Positions 42,312 to 52,383 of a stretch of DNA of 64,000 nt are shown in pieces; position 1 is the stretch's first letter; every line of letters starts with the position of its first letter. The position numbers were made by a program, and so were the translations under genes. A model generated the notes under the pieces. It searched no databases. It saw only the letters and a list, made by a program, of their open reading frames with translations, and was not told where the DNA came from. Location of the stretch: assembly GCA_965205675.1 (NCBI GenBank), contig OZ242186.1:512001-576000 (forward strand), in the 5' to 3' direction. The stretch is from Nitrosopumilus sp. GTDB lineage: Archaea; Thermoproteota; Nitrososphaeria; Nitrososphaerales; Nitrosopumilaceae.

Positions 42312-42767
42312 TTGTGGAAACTAGAGTCTGATGAAGATTTTTTTCGAATATATGATTCCAAAAAACTCATTGCAGGCTATTTTGATCCTGATTATGGAGA
42401 TATTTTCCCAAAAGATAATTCTGAAGAAATTATTTCATCTATGTTGAAAAATCATGATAAAATTTTGGGTGGAGTAATTATGGTGCCTTTAGTAAAATTT
42501 GGTTTATTTGATACTGATTTGGACACAAATATCACTGATGTCCAAAAAAACGTTTCTCGTGTATCTGAACATTTAAAAAAATGGCAAAATTTTCTATCTT
42601 GCACAAATAGAACTATTCATTCTATCCGAATATCTCATACTGATCAGGATATGTTGACAATTGCATTCCAAACAAAGTTTTCAAAACCCATTTCTCTTGA
42701 AAAAACAGCTTTAATGGATGAACTTTTTCCTATTTTGGATTTATTACAAAAATCTAATTTATTGTAA
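42312..42767 (+). CDS. Hypothetical protein
   Basis: 151-aa ORF. Confidence 0.65.
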   Translation: MWKLESDEDFFRIYDSKKLIAGYFDPDYGDIFPKDNSEEIISSMLKNHDKILGGVIMVPLVKFGLFDTDLDTNITDVQKNVSRVSEHLKKWQNFLSCTNRTIHSIRISHTDQDMLTIAFQTKFSKPISLEKTALMDELFPILDLLQKSNLL

Positions 42768-42773
42768 TTTTAT

Positions 42774-43463
42774 TTATGGTAAATGATCTTGTTTCCATTT
42801 TTCAGCCTCATTAACACAATTAAACCATTCGACTTCAATTTCATTTGAATCAAATGCATCTTTTTCATTTTTAAATTCTAATTCGCATTTATTTTTCATA
42901 TTATCTGAGATTTGAATTACTTTTTGTTTAATCACATTATCTGGTGGTGAAAATTTATTCTCATCATTAAATTCTATTATTCCTGCTTTGGCTAGTTGAA
43001 ATTCTACTAATCCTAAATTTTCATATTCATATGCTTCTTGAATTTGTGCATCTGATCTTATTTTTGCATATTCGTCTCCTGTTGTAATCCATTTGACGTA
43101 TTCTATATCACTTCTTAATTGAGTTTCAGATGATATTTTGAATAATTCCACTGAGCTTTCAAATAACTCCGGAGTTGACAGTTTATCATATTTAGAAACA
43201 ACATTTCTAAATTTATCTACATGTTTTTCATAGAATCTCAATAACTCTTCTTTTGTTATGTCTCCTTCATCCCATTTTATTTTTTCAGAATAAAATTCTC
43301 TTTGTAACTTTGCTACTTCATCTTGAATTTGTGCAAGTTCATTTCCAAATTGAAATCCTTTTTGTTTGATCTGATCTGCTGAATAATTATACGCAATTAT
43401 TGCTCCTATGAGTACAATGCCTATTATAACAATAGTGACATTTTGAATTTTATTTTTTTTCAA
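42774..43463 (-). CDS. Membrane-anchored hypothetical protein
   Basis: N-terminal TM followed by a helical domain. Confidence 0.7.
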   Translation of the reverse strand: MKKNKIQNVTIVIIGIVLIGAIIAYNYSADQIKQKGFQFGNELAQIQDEVAKLQREFYSEKIKWDEGDITKEELLRFYEKHVDKFRNVVSKYDKLSTPELFESSVELFKISSETQLRSDIEYVKWITTGDEYAKIRSDAQIQEAYEYENLGLVEFQLAKAGIIEFNDENKFSPPDNVIKQKVIQISDNMKNKCELEFKNEKDAFDSNEIEVEWFNCVNEAEKWKQDHLP

Positions 43464-43750
43464 AGATAATCTATGTAATTTCCTTCTTCATCTAATTTTA
43501 ATTCAATTGTAAATTCAGTACCGCTAATAAAAGAATCATTTCGTGTAGTTCTAACTCTCCCAATTACTAATTCATATGGCCAAATCTCTACTACAATTGA
43601 GCCTACACTTGCAATTGGTGTTTCAGTAATCTCCATATCCTCTCGTTTTACTCCGTGTCTTTCTAGCATGTGTATAGCATGATCTAATAATGGTGCCGGA
43701 TTGTTGTAATTTAATACCCAAACTTTTCCTTCATAATCAATTTTTTGCAA
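43460..43750 (-). CDS. Hypothetical protein
   Basis: Overlaps the start of the downstream gene by 4 nt. Confidence 0.7.
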   Translation of the reverse strand: MQKIDYEGKVWVLNYNNPAPLLDHAIHMLERHGVKREDMEITETPIASVGSIVVEIWPYELVIGRVRTTRNDSFISGTEFTIELKLDEEGNYIDYL

Positions 43751-43893
43751 TTTGAAACAATCCTAATGTTACTCATATAACAATTATTCTAAAGGCTAGA
43801 TATAATCTAACTTTCAAGATTTTTATTAAATTTAAGAAAACAAAATTATTTCACAGAATTCATATATTGAATATCTAAATGAAGAGCTAGAAA

Positions 43894-44433
43894 ATGAGCA
43901 AGAATTTTTGGCATGATATAGAATCAGGCAATGATGTCCCAGAAATCATCAATGCTATTGTAGAGATTCCAAAAGGATCTATGAACAAATACGAATATGA
44001 TAAAAAACACAACATGATAAAATTAGACAGAGTTTTATTTTCACCATTTCATTATCCTGGAGATTACGGTCTCATACCACAAACACTATCCGATGATGGG
44101 GATCCTCTTGATGCTCTAGTTTTAGTGACAAATCCAACATATCCTGGAATCTTAATAGAGGCAAGACCAATAGGACTACTTCAAATGAAAGATGATGGAA
44201 AACTAGATGACAAAATTATTTGTGTGGCAACAAATGATCCTAGATATCTACACACTGCAGATATTTCAGACATCGAAGATCATTATCGTTCAGAGATTGC
44301 CCATTTTTTCCAAGTGTATAAGGATTTGGAAGGGAAAAAAGTAGAAATTTTGGGATGGAAGTCATCTAAAGAAGCAAAAGTCGTAATCATAGAATCAATA
44401 AAAAGATACAAAGATACTTTGAAAAAATATTAG
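43894..44433 (+). CDS. ppa: Inorganic pyrophosphatase (family I)
   Basis: EIPKGS, KYEYD, LDRVL, YPGDYG, DGDPLD, HFFQVYKDLE. Confidence 0.96.
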   Translation: MSKNFWHDIESGNDVPEIINAIVEIPKGSMNKYEYDKKHNMIKLDRVLFSPFHYPGDYGLIPQTLSDDGDPLDALVLVTNPTYPGILIEARPIGLLQMKDDGKLDDKIICVATNDPRYLHTADISDIEDHYRSEIAHFFQVYKDLEGKKVEILGWKSSKEAKVVIIESIKRYKDTLKKY

Positions 44434-44434
44434 C

Positions 44435-44689
44435 ATGTCAAAAGAATGTGAGCATTTCATACAAGGGAAAAAAGTATCACAAAATACACAAGGTTGTGAA
44501 GAATGTAAAAAAGAGCATCTTCCAACTGTTGCACTTAGAATGTGTTTAACATGTGGACATGTAGGTTGTTGTGATTCTTCGATAGGAAGACATGCAACAA
44601 AGCATTTTGAGGATACCGGTCATCCAGTAATGAAAGCAGTTCCAGAAAATATTTGGAAGTGGTGCTATATTCATGAAAAATATTATTAA
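44435..44689 (+). CDS. Stand-alone UBP-type zinc finger protein
   Basis: CEH...CEEC...LRMCLTCGHVGCCDSS...HATKHF...GHP...WKWCY. Confidence 0.9.
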   Translation: MSKECEHFIQGKKVSQNTQGCEECKKEHLPTVALRMCLTCGHVGCCDSSIGRHATKHFEDTGHPVMKAVPENIWKWCYIHEKYY

Positions 44690-44713
44690 TTTTATAAATT
44701 CTGTAACACTAGT

Positions 44714-45274
44714 TTAATCGTAAACCATTAATCCTTTTTCTTCAAGTAAAGCGTGGATTTGATTTACAGAACGATGAACATCTTTTTCTAATTTAGCGCC
44801 AACACATACTAATTTACCAGATGCAAAAATCAGAATTACAGTTTTTGGATCAAGCATTCTGTGGATTAATCCTGGAAATTGTTCAGGCTCATACATACTT
44901 CTAGGTAATGTTCGAGCCGCTTGCTCCAAGTTTACTTTACCTCCGAGATTAATTGAGGATACAATATTTTGAATTGATACTATGGGGTCATTTTTGATTT
45001 TAATTTTACCTTTACGCAATATCTTTACGACTTCAAATACAGCAGTTTCTGCCAATTCTTGAGATTTTGCACCAGTACATACCATCTTACCTGAACCAAA
45101 TAAAAGAGTGGCCGTCTTTGGACTTTTAAGTCTGAAAACAGCACCCGGGAACTGTTCTGGATGGTATTCAACTGCAGGAAATTTTTTAGTTATATCTACA
45201 AGATCTAATTTTTGTTCTATAGTTGCAGAGGCTACAACATTAACTATTGCTATAATGGGTTTTGTTTGAGTCAT
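44714..45274 (-). CDS. tbp: TATA-box binding protein
   Basis: Two repeats NVVAS...YHPEQFPG...FGSGKMVCTGAK. Confidence 0.96.
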   Translation of the reverse strand: MTQTKPIIAIVNVVASATIEQKLDLVDITKKFPAVEYHPEQFPGAVFRLKSPKTATLLFGSGKMVCTGAKSQELAETAVFEVVKILRKGKIKIKNDPIVSIQNIVSSINLGGKVNLEQAARTLPRSMYEPEQFPGLIHRMLDPKTVILIFASGKLVCVGAKLEKDVHRSVNQIHALLEEKGLMVYD

Positions 45275-45278
45275 TTTC

Positions 45279-46211
45279 TTATTTTCCTTCTACCATGTCC
45301 ATATTTTGATCTAATCTTAATCCTTTGTATCTATTTCTAATTGTTACCTCCGTAACATTAGCAGCTTCTGCAATATCCCGTTGAGTTTTATCTTCACCAT
45401 TTTTAACACAAGACAAGTATAATGCAGCAGCAGCTAATCCCATTGGATCTTTTCCGGCTGACTCTTCATGAGCTTGTGCATCTTTGAGTACTTTAACTGC
45501 ATAACGTTTTGTTCTTTCAGTAATTCCAATAGAGCTTGCAATTCTTGCAACACATTGAACAGGATCCACTACGGGCATTTTTAGTTCTAATTCTTGGTGG
45601 AGAATTCTATAACATCTGGAAATATCTTTTTTCTTAATATTGCCTGCATCAGCAACATCTTTTAGAGTCCTTGGAGTTTCTGTATCTCTACATGCAGCAT
45701 ACAGAGATGCTGCAATTAATGCAGAGATGGAGCGACCTTTTACAAGACCTTTTTCCAAAGCTTTTCTATAAATATAAGATGCTTTCTCAATAACTGCATC
45801 AGATAATGAAAGTTTGTCTTTTAATGTAGATAATTCACTTAATGCTTGTCTGAGGTTTTTATCCGACGAAGCATTAACTTTGCTTCTACTATCCCAAGTT
45901 CTTAATCGTTCAATAGTACTTTTCATAGTGGATGTAAGAGGTTTTCCAGAAGAGTCTTTGTTAACAGGGCTGATAATTGTTGCAAGTCCTCTATCATGCA
46001 TTGCTAAGGATGTAGGAGCTCCGGTTCTAGTGGGATCTGCGTTGCCTTCTTTTGAGAAAGATCTCCATTCGGGTCCAGAATCTTGTAATGTTTCAGTAAT
46101 CACATAACCACATTTTCCACAGAATCTTTCACCAGTAACATTATCCGTCAGCATAGAATTCTTCCCACAACGACCGCATGTAGAATCTGCATTAATAATT
46201 TCTAAAACCAA
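45279..46211 (-). CDS. tfb: Transcription initiation factor TFB
   Basis: Zn ribbon CGRC...CGKC, GPEWRSF, cyclin folds, GKDPMGLAAA, VTEVTIRNRYK. Confidence 0.96.
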   Translation of the reverse strand: MVLEIINADSTCGRCGKNSMLTDNVTGERFCGKCGYVITETLQDSGPEWRSFSKEGNADPTRTGAPTSLAMHDRGLATIISPVNKDSSGKPLTSTMKSTIERLRTWDSRSKVNASSDKNLRQALSELSTLKDKLSLSDAVIEKASYIYRKALEKGLVKGRSISALIAASLYAACRDTETPRTLKDVADAGNIKKKDISRCYRILHQELELKMPVVDPVQCVARIASSIGITERTKRYAVKVLKDAQAHEESAGKDPMGLAAAALYLSCVKNGEDKTQRDIAEAANVTEVTIRNRYKGLRLDQNMDMVEGK

Positions 46212-46425
46212 AGGATATCAAATTTTGCAGTGATGATTTCCTATATGAACCGATTTATTTACAGATTTTTCAATGAAAAATGAGCCTAAAAATCTAGGCA
46301 TATCTGGTAAAAAATGGCTTGAGAACGAGAATTTTACAACAAATTCGATATTAAGAAATAAGAAAAATAAGACATATCCATATTGTCACATTCATTTTTT
46401 AATAGTCATTTCATAGAAAATTCAA

Positions 46426-48198
46426 ATGTCGTCATATCAATTAGGTAAATGGGATCTGACAGAATTAGCAAAAAATCCTAAAAGTCCTGCACTTCAAAAA
46501 CAAATTCAGGAATTAAAAAAACAAGCAAAAAAATTTGAAAAAGTAAAATCAAAATTAAATCCAAACATGTCGTCAAAACAATTTATGACTATTCTACATC
46601 AAGTTGAAAAAATTTCAGAAGATATGAATAAAGTTGGAGGATATGCATCACTGTCATATTCTTCAGATACACAATCAGATGAAGCAACATCCCTAATGAC
46701 AAAGATGTCAAAATTAGGTTCTGAAATTTCAAATAAAATTTTATTTTTTGATTTATGGTGGAAAACACAAGTTGATGAAAAAAATGCAAAGAGACTCATG
46801 AAAGATGCAGGAGAAATTACAGAATATTTATCACATAAAAGATTATTTGCAAAATATGCACTAAGTGAACCTGAAGAGAAAATCATAAACACATTAGACG
46901 TAACAGGAATATCTGCACTAGTAAAATTGTATGATAAGATAACTAATTCTTTTGAATATAAAATGAAAATTGGAAATAAATTAAAAATAATGACAAGAGA
47001 AGAATTAACAAATTATGTTAGACATCCAAATTCAAAAATTCGCGAAATTGCCTATAAAACAATTTTAACAAAATATTCTGAAAACAAAGGAGTTGTAGGA
47101 GAAATATATCAAAACATTGCTCTTAATTGGAAGGCTGAGGGTATTGACATTAGAGGATACAAATCACCGATTTCTATGAGAAATATTGGAAATGACGTAG
47201 ATGATAAAACAATAGAATCCTTACTTGCAACGTGTAAAAAAAATTCACCTGTTTTTCAGAAATTCTTCCTTCAAAAAGCAAAGATGCTAAAAATTAAAAA
47301 ACTCCAAAGATATGATCTATATGCACCTGCTACTGCAAGTATCAAAGAGAAGAATTATTCATATGATAAATCAGTAAAGCTAGTTTTTGAATCTCTGGGA
47401 AAATTTAGTAGTACGCTAGAAGAATATGCAAGAAAAGTATTCAATGAAAATCATATTGATTCAGAAATAAGACGAGGAAAAAGAGATGGTGCTTTTTGTA
47501 GTACTCTTACACCAAAGATTACGCCATATGTACTGGTAAATTTTACAGGTAAATCAAGAGATGTTTTCACTTTAGCACACGAATTAGGACATGCAGTTCA
47601 CAGTCAAGCAGCACAAGATAGATCAATTCTTGTTCAAGATGCACCATTACCATTAGCTGAAACAGCATCGACTTTTTCAGAACTATTATTGTATGATAAC
47701 TTATCAGATACAATTTCTGATGATGAAAAAAAGATAATGTTATCAGAGAAAATAGATGATCTGTATGCAACAATCCTAAGACAGTCCTTTTTTACACTTT
47801 TTGAAGTTGATGCACATAAACAAATTGGAGAAGGCACAACAATAGATGAAATATCAAAAATATATTTACAAAATCTCAAGGTACAATTTGGAAATTCAGT
47901 TAACGTATCAGAAGATTTTGCAATAGAGTGGAGCTGTATTCCACATTTTTATCATACGCCGTTTTATTGTTATGCCTATTCCTTTGGCAATTTACTAGCT
48001 TTATCGTTATTTCAAAGATACAAAAAAGAAGGAAAAGATTTTGTTCCAGCATACATCAACATTCTTGCAGCCGGAGGATCTCAAAAACCCGAGAAATTAC
48101 TCTCAGAATATGGATTTGATATTAGAAACCTCAAATTCTGGCAAGAAGGATTTGATTATGTAAAAAAACAAGTTACTGCACTATCATCATTGAATTAG
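46426..48198 (+). CDS. pepF: Oligoendopeptidase F (M3B)
   Basis: WDL N-terminus, GKRDGAFC, TLAHELGH, AETASTFSE, IPHFY...FYCYAY. Confidence 0.92.
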   Translation: MSSYQLGKWDLTELAKNPKSPALQKQIQELKKQAKKFEKVKSKLNPNMSSKQFMTILHQVEKISEDMNKVGGYASLSYSSDTQSDEATSLMTKMSKLGSEISNKILFFDLWWKTQVDEKNAKRLMKDAGEITEYLSHKRLFAKYALSEPEEKIINTLDVTGISALVKLYDKITNSFEYKMKIGNKLKIMTREELTNYVRHPNSKIREIAYKTILTKYSENKGVVGEIYQNIALNWKAEGIDIRGYKSPISMRNIGNDVDDKTIESLLATCKKNSPVFQKFFLQKAKMLKIKKLQRYDLYAPATASIKEKNYSYDKSVKLVFESLGKFSSTLEEYARKVFNENHIDSEIRRGKRDGAFCSTLTPKITPYVLVNFTGKSRDVFTLAHELGHAVHSQAAQDRSILVQDAPLPLAETASTFSELLLYDNLSDTISDDEKKIMLSEKIDDLYATILRQSFFTLFEVDAHKQIGEGTTIDEISKIYLQNLKVQFGNSVNVSEDFAIEWSCIPHFYHTPFYCYAYSFGNLLALSLFQRYKKEGKDFVPAYINILAAGGSQKPEKLLSEYGFDIRNLKFWQEGFDYVKKQVTALSSLN

Positions 48199-48205
48199 AA
48201 TAAAT

Positions 48206-48272
48206 GGGACTGACAGTCCAACGCATGGACTGCCAGCTTGTTCCCCGAACGGTTTGAATTCGATGTCATTGT
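48206..48272 (-). ncRNA. Candidate small structured RNA or hairpin
   Basis: 11-bp stem CTGGCAGTCCA-TGCGT-TGGACTGTCAG (one G.U on - strand), outer GGGA/TCCC pairing, TTTAAA box upstream. Confidence 0.35.
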
Positions 48273-48306
48273 CAAGTCAAAGATGATCTGATTTAAACGT
48301 TTGAAA

Positions 48307-48879
48307 TTATTTCCAATTTAATTTTTTAGGTCTGATTTTTCTAATAGTTCCAAATAAAATTCCAATAGATATGCCCAATTGATAAAGCAAATACAACAGT
48401 ACTTCAAATGAACTTGGAGTAGATTCAGTGAATCTACTAATACCAGTCAATATTAGAATAAATAAACTGAATAAGAAAACAAAAACCTTTGTTACACTAC
48501 TAAGATTTGTGAATTTCAATAAAACAAAACTCATCACAGTGACAGAAATTGTCAATACTGTTAGAAATCCTGTGTTCATTCCAAAAATTAAGAAAAGAGA
48601 GGAAATAACTTCACTGGGACTACTTACAGAGATATTAGATAAACTGATTTGCTCTGGAGAAGCGAAACGCGGAACACTCAAAATAGCATTTATCAAAAAC
48701 AAGACAAACATTGAGATAGATGCTGTTTTTACATGATTTTGTAATCTGGGAAATCTAACAAGAATTGCCCTGCCAAGAATAATTCCTTGGAATAACCCAA
48801 TCCCAAAAGCACTCAAAACTGCAATTAATTGGATTATAGGGTTCAAAAAAAGATCAGAGAGAATGGGAATTAAAGCCAT
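48307..48879 (-). CDS. Multi-pass membrane protein
   Basis: About five hydrophobic segments. Confidence 0.7.
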   Translation of the reverse strand: MALIPILSDLFLNPIIQLIAVLSAFGIGLFQGIILGRAILVRFPRLQNHVKTASISMFVLFLINAILSVPRFASPEQISLSNISVSSPSEVISSLFLIFGMNTGFLTVLTISVTVMSFVLLKFTNLSSVTKVFVFLFSLFILILTGISRFTESTPSSFEVLLYLLYQLGISIGILFGTIRKIRPKKLNWK

Positions 48880-49006
48880 AATGTTTAGAGATATGAATTA
48901 ATTAGAATATTAGTTACATGATGATCTGTTTTAGTAAAAAACAAAATAAAATTATCCAACTAAAGAATATGAAGAACAACACAAGAATAAATTTAACATT
49001 TGCATA

Positions 49007-49120
49007 TTGATATTTAGATTAGAACTAGCTTTTCCATGGTTGTAATTCTCTTCTCTCTTCCAAACGTATCTTGACTTTAATCTGGAAATGATGGGGTTAG
49101 ATACTTTGAGGATAATGGAG
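49007..49120 (-). repeat. Dispersed intergenic repeat, copy 3 of 3 (core 49058-49089, inverted)
   Basis: Reverse complement of the 32-nt core is identical to copies 1 and 2. Confidence 0.9.
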
Positions 49121-49195
49121 ATTTTAAATGCATGATTTAATTTTAAAACGAAATTCATTGTAAAACTTAATAATTTCATCTCAAAATGTTAAATT

Positions 49196-50344
49196 ATGCA
49201 GAGAAAAATAATTTATTTAACATTAATTCTAGCTATGGGGATTTCTACAAATCAAGCTTATTCACAAGAAATAGGTCTTTCAACATTTCAAGAAACAGCA
49301 CAGATTATTATTGATAAAAGCATATCTCAAAATGTCACAGCTTCAATCACTTTGCAAAGTACAAGCATACAAGAAATTAAAATTCCAATAGAATTAGAAC
49401 AAAAAATTAGAGAAGATAGAAGAGTTACAGCTGTGGTTCTTACAAATCAAGAACAATGCGTGTTAGGAGTTTCTAATGAATCATGTATAATGATTAACGT
49501 TGCATCCAACCCCGAGAATAAAGGGATTTTGGCAATTCAGAATTACACAAAACATGTTGCAGAATTACACATTGATGAAATTAATGAAGCATTAGACACA
49601 AATGCAGAATTTCACTCGGTTTTCATACATACTGTCGATGAGTCAAATAAGGCACTAGATACATCCGGTACAATTTCAGGCAGAGGATCTATTTCAGCAG
49701 TATATACATTGCCGATGGAAGACACATATTCCATGTATGAAAAAATATCATCTACCTTAATTCCAAAATTAATAAGAGAGAAAGGTGGATTTTATGATGT
49801 TGCAAGAGAATTATCGTCAGAAGAAAATGCAAAAATAACATTTTCAATCATCCCAACAAACACAAAATCGTTGTTACAATTGAAATTATCAGTAGATTAT
49901 CCAAATATAGCATCCACAATTTCAGAAATCAATCCATTAGAATTTCTACAAGTTGAGAATATCAAAAGATCAAGTTATTTTGATTCTGGATTTTATCCCT
50001 TAAATTCAATCATCCAAATAGTCATATTATCACCAGAAGATATCAAAATTTCAGATGTGAATGGAAATATAGTTCCAACGCAGATAGTAGATAACGAAAA
50101 AATCCCAATTGACATTACAGAGGCCGGATGGGTTTTTGATCCTCAAGAAGGACAATTAATTCAAGGCAAGTATATTTTTGGAGAAGAGACGACAATAAGT
50201 AACAACAAATTAAAATTTTCGTTAGGTGGAGAAAGTATTCAAACCCAAAAACCCGGAATTGATGAATCAATAATAGTAGTAATCATAATCACAATAATAG
50301 CTGTATCTGCTGCAATATTTTATCTTAAAGGCTATAAAAAATAA
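49196..50344 (+). CDS. Secreted protein with C-terminal TM anchor
   Basis: Signal peptide; C-terminal hydrophobic helix plus KGYKK tail. Confidence 0.8.
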   Translation: MQRKIIYLTLILAMGISTNQAYSQEIGLSTFQETAQIIIDKSISQNVTASITLQSTSIQEIKIPIELEQKIREDRRVTAVVLTNQEQCVLGVSNESCIMINVASNPENKGILAIQNYTKHVAELHIDEINEALDTNAEFHSVFIHTVDESNKALDTSGTISGRGSISAVYTLPMEDTYSMYEKISSTLIPKLIREKGGFYDVARELSSEENAKITFSIIPTNTKSLLQLKLSVDYPNIASTISEINPLEFLQVENIKRSSYFDSGFYPLNSIIQIVILSPEDIKISDVNGNIVPTQIVDNEKIPIDITEAGWVFDPQEGQLIQGKYIFGEETTISNNKLKFSLGGESIQTQKPGIDESIIVVIIITIIAVSAAIFYLKGYKK

Positions 50345-50908
50345 TTACAATAAAAGAACAGCAGCTGCAAAAACTGTAGTCCATTTTCCATCTTTGTCCC
50401 CCTTAACCGTTTGAGTAATATTGTGAGTTTTGTAAATCTCTCCAGAAATTGACCATTGTTGTCTCTTTTCATTCCAGGCTTTATCTGCATCAAATGGAAT
50501 ACCTAAAGAAGATGCAAGCATTTGAGCTGCAATATCTTCAGCATAATCGCCAGCTTGAACTTCATTCTGTCCAAAAGATTCATATTCAGAAAGATAACCA
50601 TATCTGGAAGAATCCTTGGGTTGAGCTAGTCCCACAGATGCAGCACATACTCGATGAGGTTCATTTGTTTGATTCTTGGAATAAATAGTAAATAGAATTT
50701 GGCCAGGTGAAATTTTTTTCAAGCCTTCTTTTCTGGTGATTAATTTTGCTTTAGGAGGGAAAATACTTGAAATTAAGACAAGATTTGTTCCTGCAATTCC
50801 CGCATCACGAAGTGCGTATTCAAAGCTTGTAAGTCTATCTTCATGTACACCTTTACCTTTTGTAAGAAACAAATTTTTTGCAACTAAATCTAGCATTTCT
50901 GAATTCAT
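50345..50908 (-). CDS. pdaD: Pyruvoyl-dependent arginine decarboxylase
   Basis: SFEYALRDAGIAGTNLVLISSIFPP (SS cleavage site), YGYLSEY. Confidence 0.92.
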   Translation of the reverse strand: MNSEMLDLVAKNLFLTKGKGVHEDRLTSFEYALRDAGIAGTNLVLISSIFPPKAKLITRKEGLKKISPGQILFTIYSKNQTNEPHRVCAASVGLAQPKDSSRYGYLSEYESFGQNEVQAGDYAEDIAAQMLASSLGIPFDADKAWNEKRQQWSISGEIYKTHNITQTVKGDKDGKWTTVFAAAVLLL

Positions 50909-50977
50909 GAAAGGGAATTATTATTTATATTTTAGTTGAAAGTGAAAACTTTGCAAGAATTTTAAAATTATCAATAA

Positions 50978-51205
50978 TCAATCCGTTCTTCTTTTCTTCT
51001 TTCTTTTATCTGGCTCTTTTTGGATCTGTGTCAAAAATATAAATGTGAAAAATGCACCTAAGCCAATATTAATCACCCCCATGAAAGTTATCATTATAGT
51101 CATAGATGGAGGGGCCATCGTCAATCCAATGACAAGTCCCATAACTCCAGTTGCAAAAAACATCATCATCAAAACCTTCACTCTGGTGGGCTCGATGTAT
51201 CTCAT
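50978..51205 (-). CDS. Small two-TM membrane protein
   Basis: Two TM helices with a basic tail. Confidence 0.7.
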   Translation of the reverse strand: MRYIEPTRVKVLMMMFFATGVMGLVIGLTMAPPSMTIMITFMGVINIGLGAFFTFIFLTQIQKEPDKRKKKRRTD

Positions 51206-51328
51206 TACAGGTATCAGAATATCGCAATATTATAAACTGATGGTGTTCTCAATAATTTTAGAATAATATCATTTTCAAATAGATCGTGGGTAACACTTTA
51301 AATCGTCAAAAATTTTATGATACATCGT

Positions 51329-51403
51329 GCCAATGTAGCTCAGCCTGGTTAGAGCGGCTGATTTGTAATCAGCAGGTCGTGGGTTCGGATCCCGTCATTG
51401 GCT
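51329..51403 (+). tRNA. tRNA-Thr (TGT)
   Basis: GCCAATG/CATTGGC acceptor, GCTC/GAGC D-stem, GCTGA-TTTGTAA-TCAGC, T-arm; CCA follows. Confidence 0.95.
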
Positions 51404-51475
51404 CCATCCATTTTATATTCATAATACAACATTTAGCAATACGAATAAGTATTGCTAAATTTGGAATTAATTAAA

Positions 51476-52282
51476 ATGAGTTCAGACGAAATAGAAATTA
51501 AACAAAACATGGATGAAAAAATTTCAGTAAAAAAATCAACGTTTAATGGATTAGTCATAGGAATAATCATATCTGTTGGAATTGCAGCATTCTTTGTAGG
51601 ATCATACACATCAAGTCTAAATTCAGAACAAATTTCAGTAGAAGATCTTGATGAAGCAATAGCAAAATTAGAATTAAAGCTGTTACAAAATCAGTTACCT
51701 ACAAAACAGGCAATAGAACCCGTCAAAGTATCCATAGACAATGATCCTATCATAGGAAATCCTGATGCACCAATTACAATAGTAGAGTTTTCAGATTTTC
51801 AATGTCCATTCTGTGCGAGATTTAACACTCAGACATTGCCATTAATTCTTGAAGAATATATCGAACAAGGAAAAGTAAAATTAGTTTTTAGAGATTTCCC
51901 TATCCAAAGCATACATCCAAATGCATTGCCAGCATCAATTGCTGCTGAATGTGCAAATGATCAAAACAAGTTTAAAGAAATGCATGACATATTATTTGAA
52001 AAACAAAATGAGTGGAATAGAACAGAAGCAGTTGATGCATTATCTATGTTTAGTCAATATGCATCAGAGATGCAATTAGATCAAGGAATATTTGATGCGT
52101 GTCTTACTAGTGGAGACCATATTTCAGAAATTAAAAAAGATCTTGATGACGGAAGAGAATATGGAATCACAGGAACCCCTGGATTTTTTATAGGAAATGA
52201 TGAAATAGGATATGTGGAGTTAAAAGGTGCCCAACCATTTGAGAGTTTCAAAAAAATTATTGATGCTCAATTAGATGCATAG
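51476..52282 (+). CDS. DsbA-family thiol-disulfide oxidoreductase, membrane anchored
   Basis: EFSDFQCPFC, FRDFP, GITGTPGF, GAQP. Confidence 0.9.
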   Translation: MSSDEIEIKQNMDEKISVKKSTFNGLVIGIIISVGIAAFFVGSYTSSLNSEQISVEDLDEAIAKLELKLLQNQLPTKQAIEPVKVSIDNDPIIGNPDAPITIVEFSDFQCPFCARFNTQTLPLILEEYIEQGKVKLVFRDFPIQSIHPNALPASIAAECANDQNKFKEMHDILFEKQNEWNRTEAVDALSMFSQYASEMQLDQGIFDACLTSGDHISEIKKDLDDGREYGITGTPGFFIGNDEIGYVELKGAQPFESFKKIIDAQLDA

Positions 52283-52383
52283 AAAATAACAAGCGTTTAT
52301 TAGACCAGAATTAAGATGTAGCATCAGAATAATGACGAGTAGGCAATTAGCTTTTTCGTCATTGCCAAAGAGAAAAAAATAAA

